NCBI GenBank assembly: GCA_037447435.1
Contig: JBBIGR010000002.1
Coordinates: 96,001 to 160,000 of the forward strand
Reading direction: 5' to 3'
Source: Fibrobacteria bacterium
Lineage (GTDB): Bacteria > Fibrobacterota > Chitinivibrionia > Chitinivibrionales > FEN-1185
Length of the DNA: 64,000 nucleotides
This document shows positions 37,579-47,996 of the stretch, piece by piece. How positions within the stretch are numbered: position 1 is the first letter of the stretch; each line of letters begins with the position of its first letter. The notes under the pieces were generated by a model. It was not told the DNA's origin. It worked only from the letters and a program-made list of their open reading frames with translations, and made no database searches. Position numbers and translations under genes: made by a program.

Positions 37579-39338
37579 TTTGCTCCGTCGATAAGGCTAA
37601 GAATTTCCTTTTTTATCGATTCCATATGCTCTCCCACTTCTTTTTTCGCCTGCAGAAGCGACAATCCCGCTGCCCCGCGGCACGATGCATAGAACTTTAT
37701 CTTTGGCTCGGTACCCGAAGGCCGGGCCGTAATAATGGTACCGTCGTTGCAAATGAATTGCAGCACGTTCGATGAAGGCAGGTCGATATTCTTTTTGATT
37801 TCCTTGGTTTGCATTGTAAGGGTCGTGCTCGATTTGTAATCCTTCACATACAAAACGGCGCTTCCCCCGAAAGTTTCGGGCGGCGTTGTCCGTAATTGCG
37901 ACATAAGATTATTCATCACGCCGACGCCCGATTGCCCCTTGAAATACTTCGACACTTGCGATTCAAGGAAATAGCCGTAGCGCCCGTAAATTTCGTTCAA
38001 TTTATCAACGAGCGACATGCCTTTCGCTAAATTATACAAGGCCATTTCGGCGGTCAGGACCGCCGCGGAAATCGCGTCCTTGTCCCGAGCTTGCGTATTG
38101 ACAAGGAACCCGTAGCTTTCTTCGGTCCCGAACACGTACTCGGGGATATTGTTTTTTGCTTCGAAATCGCGGATTTTTTCCGCAATGAATTTGAAACCGG
38201 TCAAGACATCGTAACATTCCAGGCCGTAGGCCTTCGCAATAGCGAACCCCAATTCCGTCGTCACGATCGATTTTACATAGGCGCTGCGAAGCGGCAAAGT
38301 CCCGAGTTCTTTCCGCGTGGTAATTATATACTCTAAAAGCAAAACACCGAGCTGGTTTCCGGTCAAAAGCGTAAAGTCGTCCCCGTCCGGCACCGCGATA
38401 CCGAGCCGGTCGGCGTCCGGGTCGGTTGCAAGTACCAAATGCGCTTTTTCGACTTTAGCAAGATCCAACGCGAGTTTCATCGCCTTTACTTCTTCGGGAT
38501 TGGGAAACTCCACGGTGGGGAAATTGCCGTCGGGCTGTTTCTGTTGCTCCACAAATATCACGGGCATGCCGAGCTCGCTCAGAGAGCGCTCGATGGGCAT
38601 GGCGCCGGTCCCATGAAGCGGCGTATATACGACCTTAAGGGATGGCCCTTTTTCTTTGACAAGCGCAGGCCTCAGCACGCAATCTTTAACCATCGACACG
38701 AACGCGTTGTCCATATCCCGGCCGATCATAGTCAAGAGGCCCTTATAAAGCGCATCCTCTTTTGTCATGCTCGCGATCTGCGCGGCCGACACGGCATTTA
38801 CCTCGGAAACAATCCCTTTATCGTGCGGCGCGACGATTTGTCCGCCGTCACTCCAATACACTTTGTATCCATTATACTCTGCCGGATTATGCGATGCGGT
38901 AATGACTATGCCTGCCGTTGCACCCAACCGCCGTACGGTAAAGGACAATTGGGGGGTCGATCGCAGTGAGGAATATACGAACGTTTTTATTCCATTGGCA
39001 CAGAGAACTTTCGCCGCTTCCAATGCGAAAACGTCCGAAAATCTGCGGGAATCATAGGCTATGGCAACCGATGCCTTATCAATTGCCACGGCTTTTTTAA
39101 TGTAATTGGCCAAACCTTGCGTTGTTTTCCGGATGATAAACGAATTGAGGCGATTGTATCCGCCGCCTATCACACCGCGAATACCTCCGGTTCCGAATTC
39201 AAGCGCCGTGTAAAAACGGTCGGAAAGTTCCGTATAATCCTTCTTCGCAATCAAATCCTTTACTTGCCGGCTAAAAAAGGCATCTTTTTCAAATTGAATA
39301 TATTCTTCCGCTTTTTGCAACAGTTCTTTGGTTTCCAA
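37575..39338 (-). CDS. pgm: Phospho-sugar mutase (phosphoglucomutase/phosphomannomutase)
   Basis: FGTGG.RG, TASHNP, DPDADR, EES, RPSGTEPKIK. Confidence 0.93.
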   Translation of the reverse strand: METKELLQKAEEYIQFEKDAFFSRQVKDLIAKKDYTELSDRFYTALEFGTGGIRGVIGGGYNRLNSFIIRKTTQGLANYIKKAVAIDKASVAIAYDSRRFSDVFALEAAKVLCANGIKTFVYSSLRSTPQLSFTVRRLGATAGIVITASHNPAEYNGYKVYWSDGGQIVAPHDKGIVSEVNAVSAAQIASMTKEDALYKGLLTMIGRDMDNAFVSMVKDCVLRPALVKEKGPSLKVVYTPLHGTGAMPIERSLSELGMPVIFVEQQKQPDGNFPTVEFPNPEEVKAMKLALDLAKVEKAHLVLATDPDADRLGIAVPDGDDFTLLTGNQLGVLLLEYIITTRKELGTLPLRSAYVKSIVTTELGFAIAKAYGLECYDVLTGFKFIAEKIRDFEAKNNIPEYVFGTEESYGFLVNTQARDKDAISAAVLTAEMALYNLAKGMSLVDKLNEIYGRYGYFLESQVSKYFKGQSGVGVMNNLMSQLRTTPPETFGGSAVLYVKDYKSSTTLTMQTKEIKKNIDLPSSNVLQFICNDGTIITARPSGTEPKIKFYASCRGAAGLSLLQAKKEVGEHMESIKKEILSLIDGAK

Positions 39339-39402
39339 GGCATAATCCTTTCACCTGAATCAGGGTTGTTTATTTGCAGTTTATTAATATAATATTTATA
39401 GA

Positions 39403-39900
39403 TCAGGCCAAGACTTTTTCAAGCAGTAATCTTTGCTTTTGGGGTAGATTCAAATAATTGGCAATTTTATACCGGCAATTTTGAATATCGGTAACGAGAA
39501 CAAGGCCGTTTGAAATCAAAACCGTTTTTTCGAATCTGTTTTCTACAATAAAACGCCTGCTCCCCGCGTTTGTTCTCACGGTCCAAACGCAGGTGTCTCC
39601 CCGGGTCTTCAAGGAAACGATTTCCAAAATGGTCTGAATTGGATTTTGTTTTTCAATAGTTTCATTCACCAGGGCCTGTTCAACGTCACTCAAGGTTTCA
39701 AGATTGTTCACTATGCCGATTTCTTCTTCGGCATAGGTATTGTTTACAAACCTTATAGAAATAAAACGTTCAGGCATTGAATGAGGAAAAAGCTGAATGA
39801 AAAACACATTTTTAAATATTTCGCCGGATTTACATACAACATCAATTTCATTGTTTCCCGACTTTTGAATTGTAAAATCGGCCGAATTAAGACTATTCAT
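39403..39900 (-). CDS. DUF1854-like protein
   Basis: LFP.S.P..FIS..E.GI..P....I..I..W.V.T..G..F..D....RY.I pattern; coupled to the ABC transporter. Confidence 0.7.
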   Translation of the reverse strand: MNSLNSADFTIQKSGNNEIDVVCKSGEIFKNVFFIQLFPHSMPERFISIRFVNNTYAEEEIGIVNNLETLSDVEQALVNETIEKQNPIQTILEIVSLKTRGDTCVWTVRTNAGSRRFIVENRFEKTVLISNGLVLVTDIQNCRYKIANYLNLPQKQRLLLEKVLA

Positions 39901-41726
39901 GATAAAAGGCCGCTTCCCGATAATTCTTCATTAAAAAAGGATTTACTTCTTGTCATTGAAACCATTTTGTAAAAGGCTCCTTTTTTATCGAAAAGATCCA
40001 AAGGGGTTCCGGATTCAATACAGTGGCCGTTTTCTATGACGAATATCCGGTCATACCCTTGCAAGGTGGAAATGCGATGCGCTATTGCGATCGTTGTCCT
40101 GTTTTTCGTTAAATTATCAAGTGCGGTTTTTATTTTGATTTCGGTTTCCGAATCTACCGATGACAAAGCCTCATCTAAAATTAATATGGCCGGATCCAAT
40201 AAAAGAGCGCGGGCAATGGCTATCCTTTGTTTTTCTCCTCCGGATAGATTCACACCGCGTTCACCAACAAGCGAATCATAGGCATCGGGCTTTTTGCAAA
40301 TGAAATCATGGGCAAACGCCGCAATCGAAGCATCAATAACTTCCGCGTGTGTCGCTTCCGGTTTTGCATAAGCAATATTTTCGTAAATCGTCCCGTTAAA
40401 AAGAAATGTCTCTTGCAAAACGACCCCAATGTTTTTATGAATATCCTGTTTCCGTAGCAACCGGACATCGAGCCCATCAATGACGATTTCACCTTTGTCT
40501 ACGTCATAAAATCTGCAAAGCAAATTAATAATGGTGCTTTTGCCTGCGCCGCTTCTTCCGACAAGCCCTATTTTTTCTTTAGGAGCTATTGAAAAAGACA
40601 AATTTTTAATAACCGGTTTTTTGGAATCGTATCCGAATTCGACATTCCGAAATTCGATGGACCCTTCCCACACTTTTATTTCAACGGCATTAGGATTGTC
40701 CCGGATTTCTTGCGATTCGTCAAGAACATTAAAAATCCGTTGCGCTGCCGACAAGGATGTGGAGATGTTTCTGAGCATGCCCACCAATGTCAACAAGGGT
40801 GAAAAAAACATTGCGCAGTAGCCGCCATACGCAACCACACTGCCCAAAGTCATCTTGTTTTCCAAAATCATTTTACCGCCGAACGCCCAAACAAACACCG
40901 TACCGCTCATGATGAAAAACTGCATTAGAGGATGATAAACACCCCACAATTTCATGACCTTTATTCCGGTGTTTCGATACGTCGAACTATGTTTTTGGAA
41001 TGTCGCTATTTCTTTGTTTTCCCTGCCAAAAGCCTTTACAACCCTTATTCCTGACAATGAATCGCTGGCAAATTCCGAAAGCCGGGAACGCTGCGCAAAA
41101 TACGTGTTAAAATAAGAATGAACGTTTTTAAGCATGTGCCGGCCGAAGATCGTCAGAGCGATGACCGGCAATACCACATACACGGTTATGTTTACCGATA
41201 ATATGCAAAGGAATACGCACACCCCTACGAGCATAAGCAGGCTTTGAATTGCAAGCGGTAAAAACTCCACGATAAGAAACTGGACATCGTCGGTATCTTG
41301 ATTCACCCGTGAGACAAGTCCGCCGGTCGTATGCTTGTCGAAGTACGACAATGAAAGATCTTGCAGTTTTGAAAAAACCATAACACGAATATCATGGACT
41401 GTTCTATGGCCGGTTTTTCCGCTGAGCCATTGAAAAAAACCGCTTGAAAAAATTTGCAGGCCATAGGAAAGAAACAGTACCAGGATTGCAGGCAATAGCC
41501 ACGACGCATGGGAATATTTCAAAGTGACGGCATCCGGCTTAAAAACGATATCGATAAAAACCTTGCTTAAATACGGCACAAGCAAGCTGAAGCATGTTGA
41601 AATCAACATAAAAAACAGGACGCTTGCGAGATCTTTTACATACGGTCCGGCAAAATTCATTACCCGTAAAAAGGTATTCCCTTTTTGCATTATTGCTGCA
41701 TGCAAACCGTTTTTTATCGGATTCAC
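39897..41726 (-). CDS. ABC exporter, fused permease/ATPase (MsbA/MdlB-like)
   Basis: TM domain; GRSGAGKS, LSGGEKQR, ILDEA, IAHR. Confidence 0.93.
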   Translation of the reverse strand: MNPIKNGLHAAIMQKGNTFLRVMNFAGPYVKDLASVLFFMLISTCFSLLVPYLSKVFIDIVFKPDAVTLKYSHASWLLPAILVLFLSYGLQIFSSGFFQWLSGKTGHRTVHDIRVMVFSKLQDLSLSYFDKHTTGGLVSRVNQDTDDVQFLIVEFLPLAIQSLLMLVGVCVFLCILSVNITVYVVLPVIALTIFGRHMLKNVHSYFNTYFAQRSRLSEFASDSLSGIRVVKAFGRENKEIATFQKHSSTYRNTGIKVMKLWGVYHPLMQFFIMSGTVFVWAFGGKMILENKMTLGSVVAYGGYCAMFFSPLLTLVGMLRNISTSLSAAQRIFNVLDESQEIRDNPNAVEIKVWEGSIEFRNVEFGYDSKKPVIKNLSFSIAPKEKIGLVGRSGAGKSTIINLLCRFYDVDKGEIVIDGLDVRLLRKQDIHKNIGVVLQETFLFNGTIYENIAYAKPEATHAEVIDASIAAFAHDFICKKPDAYDSLVGERGVNLSGGEKQRIAIARALLLDPAILILDEALSSVDSETEIKIKTALDNLTKNRTTIAIAHRISTLQGYDRIFVIENGHCIESGTPLDLFDKKGAFYKMVSMTRSKSFFNEELSGSGLLS

Positions 41727-41856
41727 GGTCGCCCCGTTATGCCTGTATTCATTTTCCCCATACCGTCATTTAAGGTTTTTTGACCCTCGGTCAACAATGC
41801 CACACAATATATTTTAAAGCATCGTACAACGCTTAATACTTGAAAGTACCGGAAAA

Positions 41857-42450
41857 ATGCTCTCATTTTTGCTTCATGCCGACGACCGGATTTTTTGTCT
41901 GATCAATTCGCATCATACGCCGTTTTTCGATTGGCTATTTTCGACCATCACCTGGCTTGGCAACGGATGGGTAATCGCACCCCTATTGCTTTTCATCGCC
42001 TTTATTAAAATACCTAAAAGGAACCTGGCGGTTTTCATTACCGTCGCGACAATCGGTATTGTCGGCAGCAGTTTGACAAACTCCTACATCAAAGACCAAA
42101 CGCAAAGACCAAGACCGTTATTGCATTTTGCGACAAAAAGTCCCGATTCTTCTTTGAGCTGTCGAACCGGATATACGGTGCATATCGTTGGCCCTAAACT
42201 TTTCCAACGATCCTTTCCTTCGGGGCATTCCAACACCGCTTTTTGTGCCGCGGCGCTTGTCGCATTCATGTTCGGCAATTGGTTTTGGCTGGCATTTTTT
42301 CCTGCAATTTTGGTCGCCTATTCCCGCGTTTATATGGGCGTTCATTTTCCTTTGGATACCTTAGGCGGCGCAATCGTCGGTATCGTTTTCATGGTCCTCA
42401 CTTTGTTTATTTACAATCTCCTTGTCCGGAGAACCCATGATTCAAAATAA
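41857..42450 (+). CDS. PAP2-family phosphatase
   Basis: K....RPRP, SFPSGH, SRVYMGVHFP.D. Confidence 0.92.
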   Translation: MLSFLLHADDRIFCLINSHHTPFFDWLFSTITWLGNGWVIAPLLLFIAFIKIPKRNLAVFITVATIGIVGSSLTNSYIKDQTQRPRPLLHFATKSPDSSLSCRTGYTVHIVGPKLFQRSFPSGHSNTAFCAAALVAFMFGNWFWLAFFPAILVAYSRVYMGVHFPLDTLGGAIVGIVFMVLTLFIYNLLVRRTHDSK

Positions 42451-43177
42451 AAAAGTTGTCGTTGTTTTGCCGGCCTACAATGCCGAAAAAACACTCCAGG
42501 CAACCTATGACGAAATCCCCTTCGATATTGTCGACGACGTTATTCTTGTCGATGACGCAAGTAACGATAACACCTGCCTGATTGCCGAAAAAATCGGGAT
42601 AACCAATGTCATTTGTCATGAAAAAAACAAGGGTTATGGCGGCAACCAAAAGACTTGTTATACCAAAGCGCTCGAAATAGGAGCGGATATCGTCGTTATG
42701 CTTCATCCGGATTATCAATATACGCCGAAGCTTATTACCGCCATGACGAGCATCATCGCAAACGACCTTTATCCGGTTGTACTAGGCTCGCGAATACTTG
42801 GTAAAGGAGCATTAAAGGGCGGAATGCCTGTGTACAAATATATCGCCAATCGTTTCCTGACCTTGGTCCAAAATGTCCTTATGGATCAAAAACTATCCGA
42901 ATACCATACCGGTTATCGTGCGTATTCGCGGAACGTGTTGGAACGGATTAATTTCATGGCAAATTCGGACGATTTTGTTTTCGACAATCAAATTATCGCG
43001 CAAATTTGTTTTTACGGATACCAAATCGGTGAAGTAACATGCCCTACCAAATATTTCAAGGAAGCATCATCCATCAATTTTACGAGGTCTTCTTTGTACG
43101 GTTTGGGTGTATTAGGAGTGGCAATCGGCTACAGGCTTCATAAGCTCGGACTGATAAAAATGAAGATTTTTGCCTAA
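42437..43177 (+). CDS. GT2 glycosyltransferase (polyprenol-phosphate type)
   Basis: VLPAYN, VDDAS.D, N.GYGG, MLHPDYQY. Confidence 0.92.
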   Translation: MIQNKKVVVVLPAYNAEKTLQATYDEIPFDIVDDVILVDDASNDNTCLIAEKIGITNVICHEKNKGYGGNQKTCYTKALEIGADIVVMLHPDYQYTPKLITAMTSIIANDLYPVVLGSRILGKGALKGGMPVYKYIANRFLTLVQNVLMDQKLSEYHTGYRAYSRNVLERINFMANSDDFVFDNQIIAQICFYGYQIGEVTCPTKYFKEASSINFTRSSLYGLGVLGVAIGYRLHKLGLIKMKIFA

Positions 43178-43225
43178 AGATCTTCGTTGTACGGGCATGC
43201 GAAACGTCTCTACGGTCTACTTTTT

Positions 43226-44956
43226 TTAATCTCCCCATTGCAATTTTTCGAGCCTCGACCGTATAGCGCTTGCTTTTCTATCGAAGCGCTCCGCAAGAGC
43301 TTTGACGGACCGGCCGCGGCTATACAGGCTTAAAAGCTCCCGGTCTTCCTCTTTTGTCCATGCCTTATAGGCGTTTTGGGGTTGTTGCCGTCGGGACTGC
43401 GGGGCATTCCGTTTTGAAAGTCCTGTGATTACCTCCCGGATTTTCTTTTTTGCAAAAAGCGATTTGTCGGCATGGGGAAACATTGATTCCGGAAAATCTA
43501 AAAAATTTCTAGACCGCGTGACCGCCACGTAGGCGAGGTTGATTTCCTCGGATAATCGATCCCGGTCGAGGGGCTCTTTTTTTTCTTTTTCCTTTTCAAC
43601 CAGTTTGCGTATCCGCTCTTTTGTTATAAAGTCTTCCGTCAAGGTTACAGCATCGTATTCCATGCCTTTACACCGATGGAGGGTGGAAAAAATCATATCG
43701 GCCGAATCGCGGTTTTCATCCGAAACATGCATTGCCGACAGCTTTTTCAACAAGTAGGGAATATCTTTTCCGTATTCGCCCACAATATCGATGAGCATCA
43801 ACAATTCCATGTCCTCCGATTTTTCGGCATATTCTTCGAGTTCGTCGAACGACCCCATCGAACCGATAACCGGATCGCGGATCAAGTTTTTTTTATCAAG
43901 AAATAAATTCAGCACATCGTATATCGATGCCCCTTCGGAAGCATACGTGTACGAGTTGATATTCCCTTCAAAATAGATTTTCTTCACTTTTTTATCGTGC
44001 TGCATTGTCAATATAGCGTTTTTTAAAAGCGCCAAATTCGTTCGGGCAATGGTTGCCCTTGTTTTTATCTTTTGATTGTTGCCCACGCCTTTAATGCATA
44101 CATGGTCCATTTCATCAAGCATTTTCTTCCAGCTTAAACATTCCATCGCCAGCGTTGCGACATGATTGTTGAACCGAAAGCTCGTCGTCAGGGAATGGGA
44201 AGGGAACGCCACCGACGACAATGCATTGACCGCATGCCGCCACCCGTAAATCTGCTGGTATATGTCGCCGACGATCACCTGAGTGCACTGCTGCGACAGA
44301 AACACGTCGAGCATGACCGGGGACGCGTCCTGACCTTCATCGAACAACACGATGTCGTACGGGAGCCGCGGTTTCGAAACCTGGTATTTTTTCAGATAGA
44401 AATCATGCGTGACGTTGATTTCTTTTCTGTCCATTTTCGCCAAAAACCGGCGTGTGCCGTTTTCTATAGCGGCATAATGACGCTTTGCAAAAGCCCTCGC
44501 GGTTTCATCGGACACGCTCGCGCAATAATCCAGGGATTGTACCTTGTCTTTATCGCTGTTGCAGAAAAGAGCACAAAACTTTTTGATGTGATTTGCGCAT
44601 ACGAATGCGGAATGAGGGTCCCTTCCCGTTTTCTCAAGCCCGAGAATCGACACGATTTCATGAAGCTTGTAACCGCTTGTCACCTGATACGAAAAAGGAA
44701 TTACGATACGCCTGTATGCAATGGAATGGGCGGTTTGGACGTCGACATTCGACAGCCCCTGCTCTTCGAAACGTTTTTGCGCCTGTACCCGGACCGAACG
44801 GTTAAAGGCGATATATAAAATCCGTTTTCGGGGGTTTTGGCGCTTGGCGTATTCGACAAGGACCGTGGTTTTCCCGCTCCCGGCAACGGCGTTGATTTTG
44901 ATGTTGTCGGTGCTTCCCAGTATTTTTTCTTGTTCTTCTGTAAAGGATATGCCCAA
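43226..44956 (-). CDS. UvrD-like SF1 helicase with C-terminal Myb/HTH-like domain
   Basis: AVAGSGKT, DEGQD, GD.YQQIY, SFRF, ST.H..KG.E, YVAVTR; WT.EED tail. Confidence 0.9.
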   Translation of the reverse strand: MGISFTEEQEKILGSTDNIKINAVAGSGKTTVLVEYAKRQNPRKRILYIAFNRSVRVQAQKRFEEQGLSNVDVQTAHSIAYRRIVIPFSYQVTSGYKLHEIVSILGLEKTGRDPHSAFVCANHIKKFCALFCNSDKDKVQSLDYCASVSDETARAFAKRHYAAIENGTRRFLAKMDRKEINVTHDFYLKKYQVSKPRLPYDIVLFDEGQDASPVMLDVFLSQQCTQVIVGDIYQQIYGWRHAVNALSSVAFPSHSLTTSFRFNNHVATLAMECLSWKKMLDEMDHVCIKGVGNNQKIKTRATIARTNLALLKNAILTMQHDKKVKKIYFEGNINSYTYASEGASIYDVLNLFLDKKNLIRDPVIGSMGSFDELEEYAEKSEDMELLMLIDIVGEYGKDIPYLLKKLSAMHVSDENRDSADMIFSTLHRCKGMEYDAVTLTEDFITKERIRKLVEKEKEKKEPLDRDRLSEEINLAYVAVTRSRNFLDFPESMFPHADKSLFAKKKIREVITGLSKRNAPQSRRQQPQNAYKAWTKEEDRELLSLYSRGRSVKALAERFDRKASAIRSRLEKLQWGD

Positions 44957-45010
44957 AACCGCGTTCCTAAAATGGTTTTACGTAACAAGTTTACAATGCG
45001 CCCATAGAGT

Positions 45011-47791
45011 TCAATCCTGGTCTTTGGAAATTTCCCCGGCATTCTCGTTTTGAGGCTCATCTTTCGCCTCTTCCGGTTTCTTTTTGAATATCGACATGAA
45101 CTTTTCGAACGGGTTGGCCGATTTTACAGTCCCGTTTGCAATGGCGGTCCCGCTGCAATCCGCAATATCTTTAGGTGTGACTCGTTTTAAATACGATTCA
45201 TAGCGGGCGTAAAACCCGTTAGGATTTACTACTCCCGCACGAAGCATCAATCCTTTTGTCAAGAACTTATGCAATGTCTTGCCGTCGCGGGGGCCGGTGT
45301 ATTTTTCATTCCCTTCGCCGATACAGGATACGGTGACGTCCCGGATATCGGGTTCTGCGCCGACCGGGGAACCTCCGAGCTTCGATAAATCGAGTCTGAT
45401 AACGGCGTTCCACAATCCATAGTTCGTTTTTTTGCCGCTTTTCAGCGTTGCATTGAACGGCTTTAATACGTCGTCCGTTGTCCCTGATTTTGCGAAATAA
45501 GAAGCAGGGCCGTCAAGACGCAATGCGTTGGCGTCGAACGAATTTCCCTGTTCCAAACCGCTGCTGTCGGGTAACGATGGAATGTCGTAGGCTTCCAACG
45601 CGTCGGTGCCGACGAGGCGCTTATGCAATCCGAGATACGTGGGCCGTAAATTCTGAATATCGCTGAAAGGATGGCATCGTTTGATAGTATCATTTAGGGA
45701 AACGGTATCGCCGTTTAAAACAATATTGTCAATGACCAGGGATTGATGCTCTGCAGGCTTTTCGATAAGATCGTTGTCGTATAACGCATTGAACAAATGC
45801 ATCTGTTCGTATAAAGTCAACTCAAGCGTTCCCAGCGCGACCGAATACAGGCTGTCGGAAATGGGAACTCGCTTTGTGCCGTTTTCAACGGAATCGACGT
45901 TCACCCCGACGATACGTGCCAATTCCTTATATACCCTCACCCCGGTCACGGAACTGAGCCCGAGCTCGTCTTTGATCCTGTCGAAGGCGCCGATGCGATA
46001 AAACAGCTGAACAATAGGGAACGCTTCCTTAGTAACGCTGCCGTCGAGATTGAAAAGCTTTTGATTCAATCGGTATACGGTCTCAACCGCCAGGATGTTA
46101 TTCGAGGCATTCAACTGGTCGAAAATGTATTGGCACCCTTCAAAAACATCGCCGTGATTATGCACTTCATACGATTTTCCCCGAACCGCGCTATGGGAAA
46201 ATAAAACGCCTGCCAATTTAGATTTTTCGAATCGCAGGGTACGCTGCCAGGGTAAGTCGGCCGTTACGGGCAGGCTGTCATTCCACTTTGCAAATGGCGG
46301 AAAAATGCCGCAATCGAACATCAAGGCATTAAAAATCGGCTTTGCCGTCGAAGAGCCGTTCGGTGTACTGTTTTTAAGCAAGCCGGCCATTCGCGAGCCT
46401 ATTCTGTCTTTGGAATAATATGCCAGGAGTTTGCCGGTTTTGGAATCCATGATTGCATAGGCAAAATATTGCCCGCTTACGAGAATCGGTTTTCCATGGA
46501 TCATTGCAATCGAGTCGGGCCCATAGCCGCGCCCATTGACCAGCCGTTCCAATTCGCGCTGCAACGGGATATCTATTGTCAGCCTGATAAACAGGTTGCC
46601 TTTTTTACGGATAAGGGAATTCGGATCAACGATATTCATGTCTTGGCATTGCTGCGGCGTTGCCCCTGATTTTTGCAAGGTGGAAAGCCAGTATTCGTTT
46701 GCGCAGTCGACAAGCGGTCCGAAATCGGTCTGAATTTGGCGGAGTTTTCGAAACGAAAGCCCTTGAATTTCCTCGAGGACTTTTTTCTGCTTCTTTGCGT
46801 CCCAATTCATCGCCTTTGCAATTCGCGGCATATCGATGGCGCACTGATGGGCTATTTTGACCCGAACGTTTCTGCCCCATTTTACCGACCGGGCAAGATA
46901 CACGCATTGCGCATCCGAAAGGTCCCGAAGGTCTTTGTCGAAAAGCGCCCTGGCTATATCTTTACAACCAATAAGCCCGTTATCGCTAGTGATGCAATGA
47001 TTGACATACACTTCGAGAATGTCTTCGGGCTTGTACATTTTCCGCATTGCGCTTGCCAAGCGCATTTCCCTCAGTTTCCGGTCCATTGTCTTGCTCGTGC
47101 GCCGGTGCCCGGCGGCATCGATATCGGAAATGAACAATTTCGCCACTTGCTGCGTTATGGTTGAAGTCCCTCTCGGGGCATGAAAGGAAAGGGTGACGAT
47201 GCTTTTGAATATTCCGCTGAACACCGACCGGACAACGCTCCCGTATTCGACCCCAGTCCTATTTGTCCAGAAAGTATTGTCTTCGGCCGCAACGAGGGCC
47301 TTAATGAGTGTCGGTGGGAATTCCGCTATTTTCGCCCGCTGATGGTTTGTACGGATGCGGGCTATGTCGCGGTCTTTTCGATCGACTATGCGTATTTCAT
47401 TCGAATAATTTTGTACCGCATTGAGCCGCGCAATAATGGAGAGCGACGGATAATCATTGACCGAAATTCCATCAACAACAAGCGCGGTATCGTGGGTCGC
47501 CGACGAATCGGTTCCCAGCAATTTGTTTGCAGCATGCTGCATGGCATCTTCATTGATGATGTCTTGCCAGGCTGCTCCAAATTGTTTTGATAACAATCCT
47601 TTTTTCTCAAGCGCAACGAGCTTGTCGCCCCAATCGTCAAAGTATTTATTGAAAAAATGCTGGCCCAGTAAATATGCCGGATATGCCGAAACGGCAAGCA
47701 GAGAGACCAAAATGCCGGTTATTATCAAAAGGGATTTTAGAACCGATTTTTTTGCAGACGTACGATTTATCTTTTTTTTCATTGTATGCAA
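45011..47791 (-). CDS. Divergent class A penicillin-binding protein (GT51 plus transpeptidase)
   Basis: ED..F, G.STITQQVAK, RKLRE; STAK (SxxK), SNN, KSG. Confidence 0.85.
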   Translation of the reverse strand: MHTMKKKINRTSAKKSVLKSLLIITGILVSLLAVSAYPAYLLGQHFFNKYFDDWGDKLVALEKKGLLSKQFGAAWQDIINEDAMQHAANKLLGTDSSATHDTALVVDGISVNDYPSLSIIARLNAVQNYSNEIRIVDRKDRDIARIRTNHQRAKIAEFPPTLIKALVAAEDNTFWTNRTGVEYGSVVRSVFSGIFKSIVTLSFHAPRGTSTITQQVAKLFISDIDAAGHRRTSKTMDRKLREMRLASAMRKMYKPEDILEVYVNHCITSDNGLIGCKDIARALFDKDLRDLSDAQCVYLARSVKWGRNVRVKIAHQCAIDMPRIAKAMNWDAKKQKKVLEEIQGLSFRKLRQIQTDFGPLVDCANEYWLSTLQKSGATPQQCQDMNIVDPNSLIRKKGNLFIRLTIDIPLQRELERLVNGRGYGPDSIAMIHGKPILVSGQYFAYAIMDSKTGKLLAYYSKDRIGSRMAGLLKNSTPNGSSTAKPIFNALMFDCGIFPPFAKWNDSLPVTADLPWQRTLRFEKSKLAGVLFSHSAVRGKSYEVHNHGDVFEGCQYIFDQLNASNNILAVETVYRLNQKLFNLDGSVTKEAFPIVQLFYRIGAFDRIKDELGLSSVTGVRVYKELARIVGVNVDSVENGTKRVPISDSLYSVALGTLELTLYEQMHLFNALYDNDLIEKPAEHQSLVIDNIVLNGDTVSLNDTIKRCHPFSDIQNLRPTYLGLHKRLVGTDALEAYDIPSLPDSSGLEQGNSFDANALRLDGPASYFAKSGTTDDVLKPFNATLKSGKKTNYGLWNAVIRLDLSKLGGSPVGAEPDIRDVTVSCIGEGNEKYTGPRDGKTLHKFLTKGLMLRAGVVNPNGFYARYESYLKRVTPKDIADCSGTAIANGTVKSANPFEKFMSIFKKKPEEAKDEPQNENAGEISKDQD

Positions 47792-47996
47792 ATGCCTATG
47801 AAGATGTATGGAGAATACTAGTGACTTCTTATTATAGAGTAGTGGTTAATTCTCTTTAGGGGTAAAATACTTTTTATCCCGGTTTGAATGGGAAACAGGC
47901 CATCACGGTTGCGCTTTTCGTATTTTCCTGTTGTTGGAGCAAACGAGCTTTGGTGTCCGGGGAAATTTAGCCCATAAATAAAAAGGATTACGCGTA

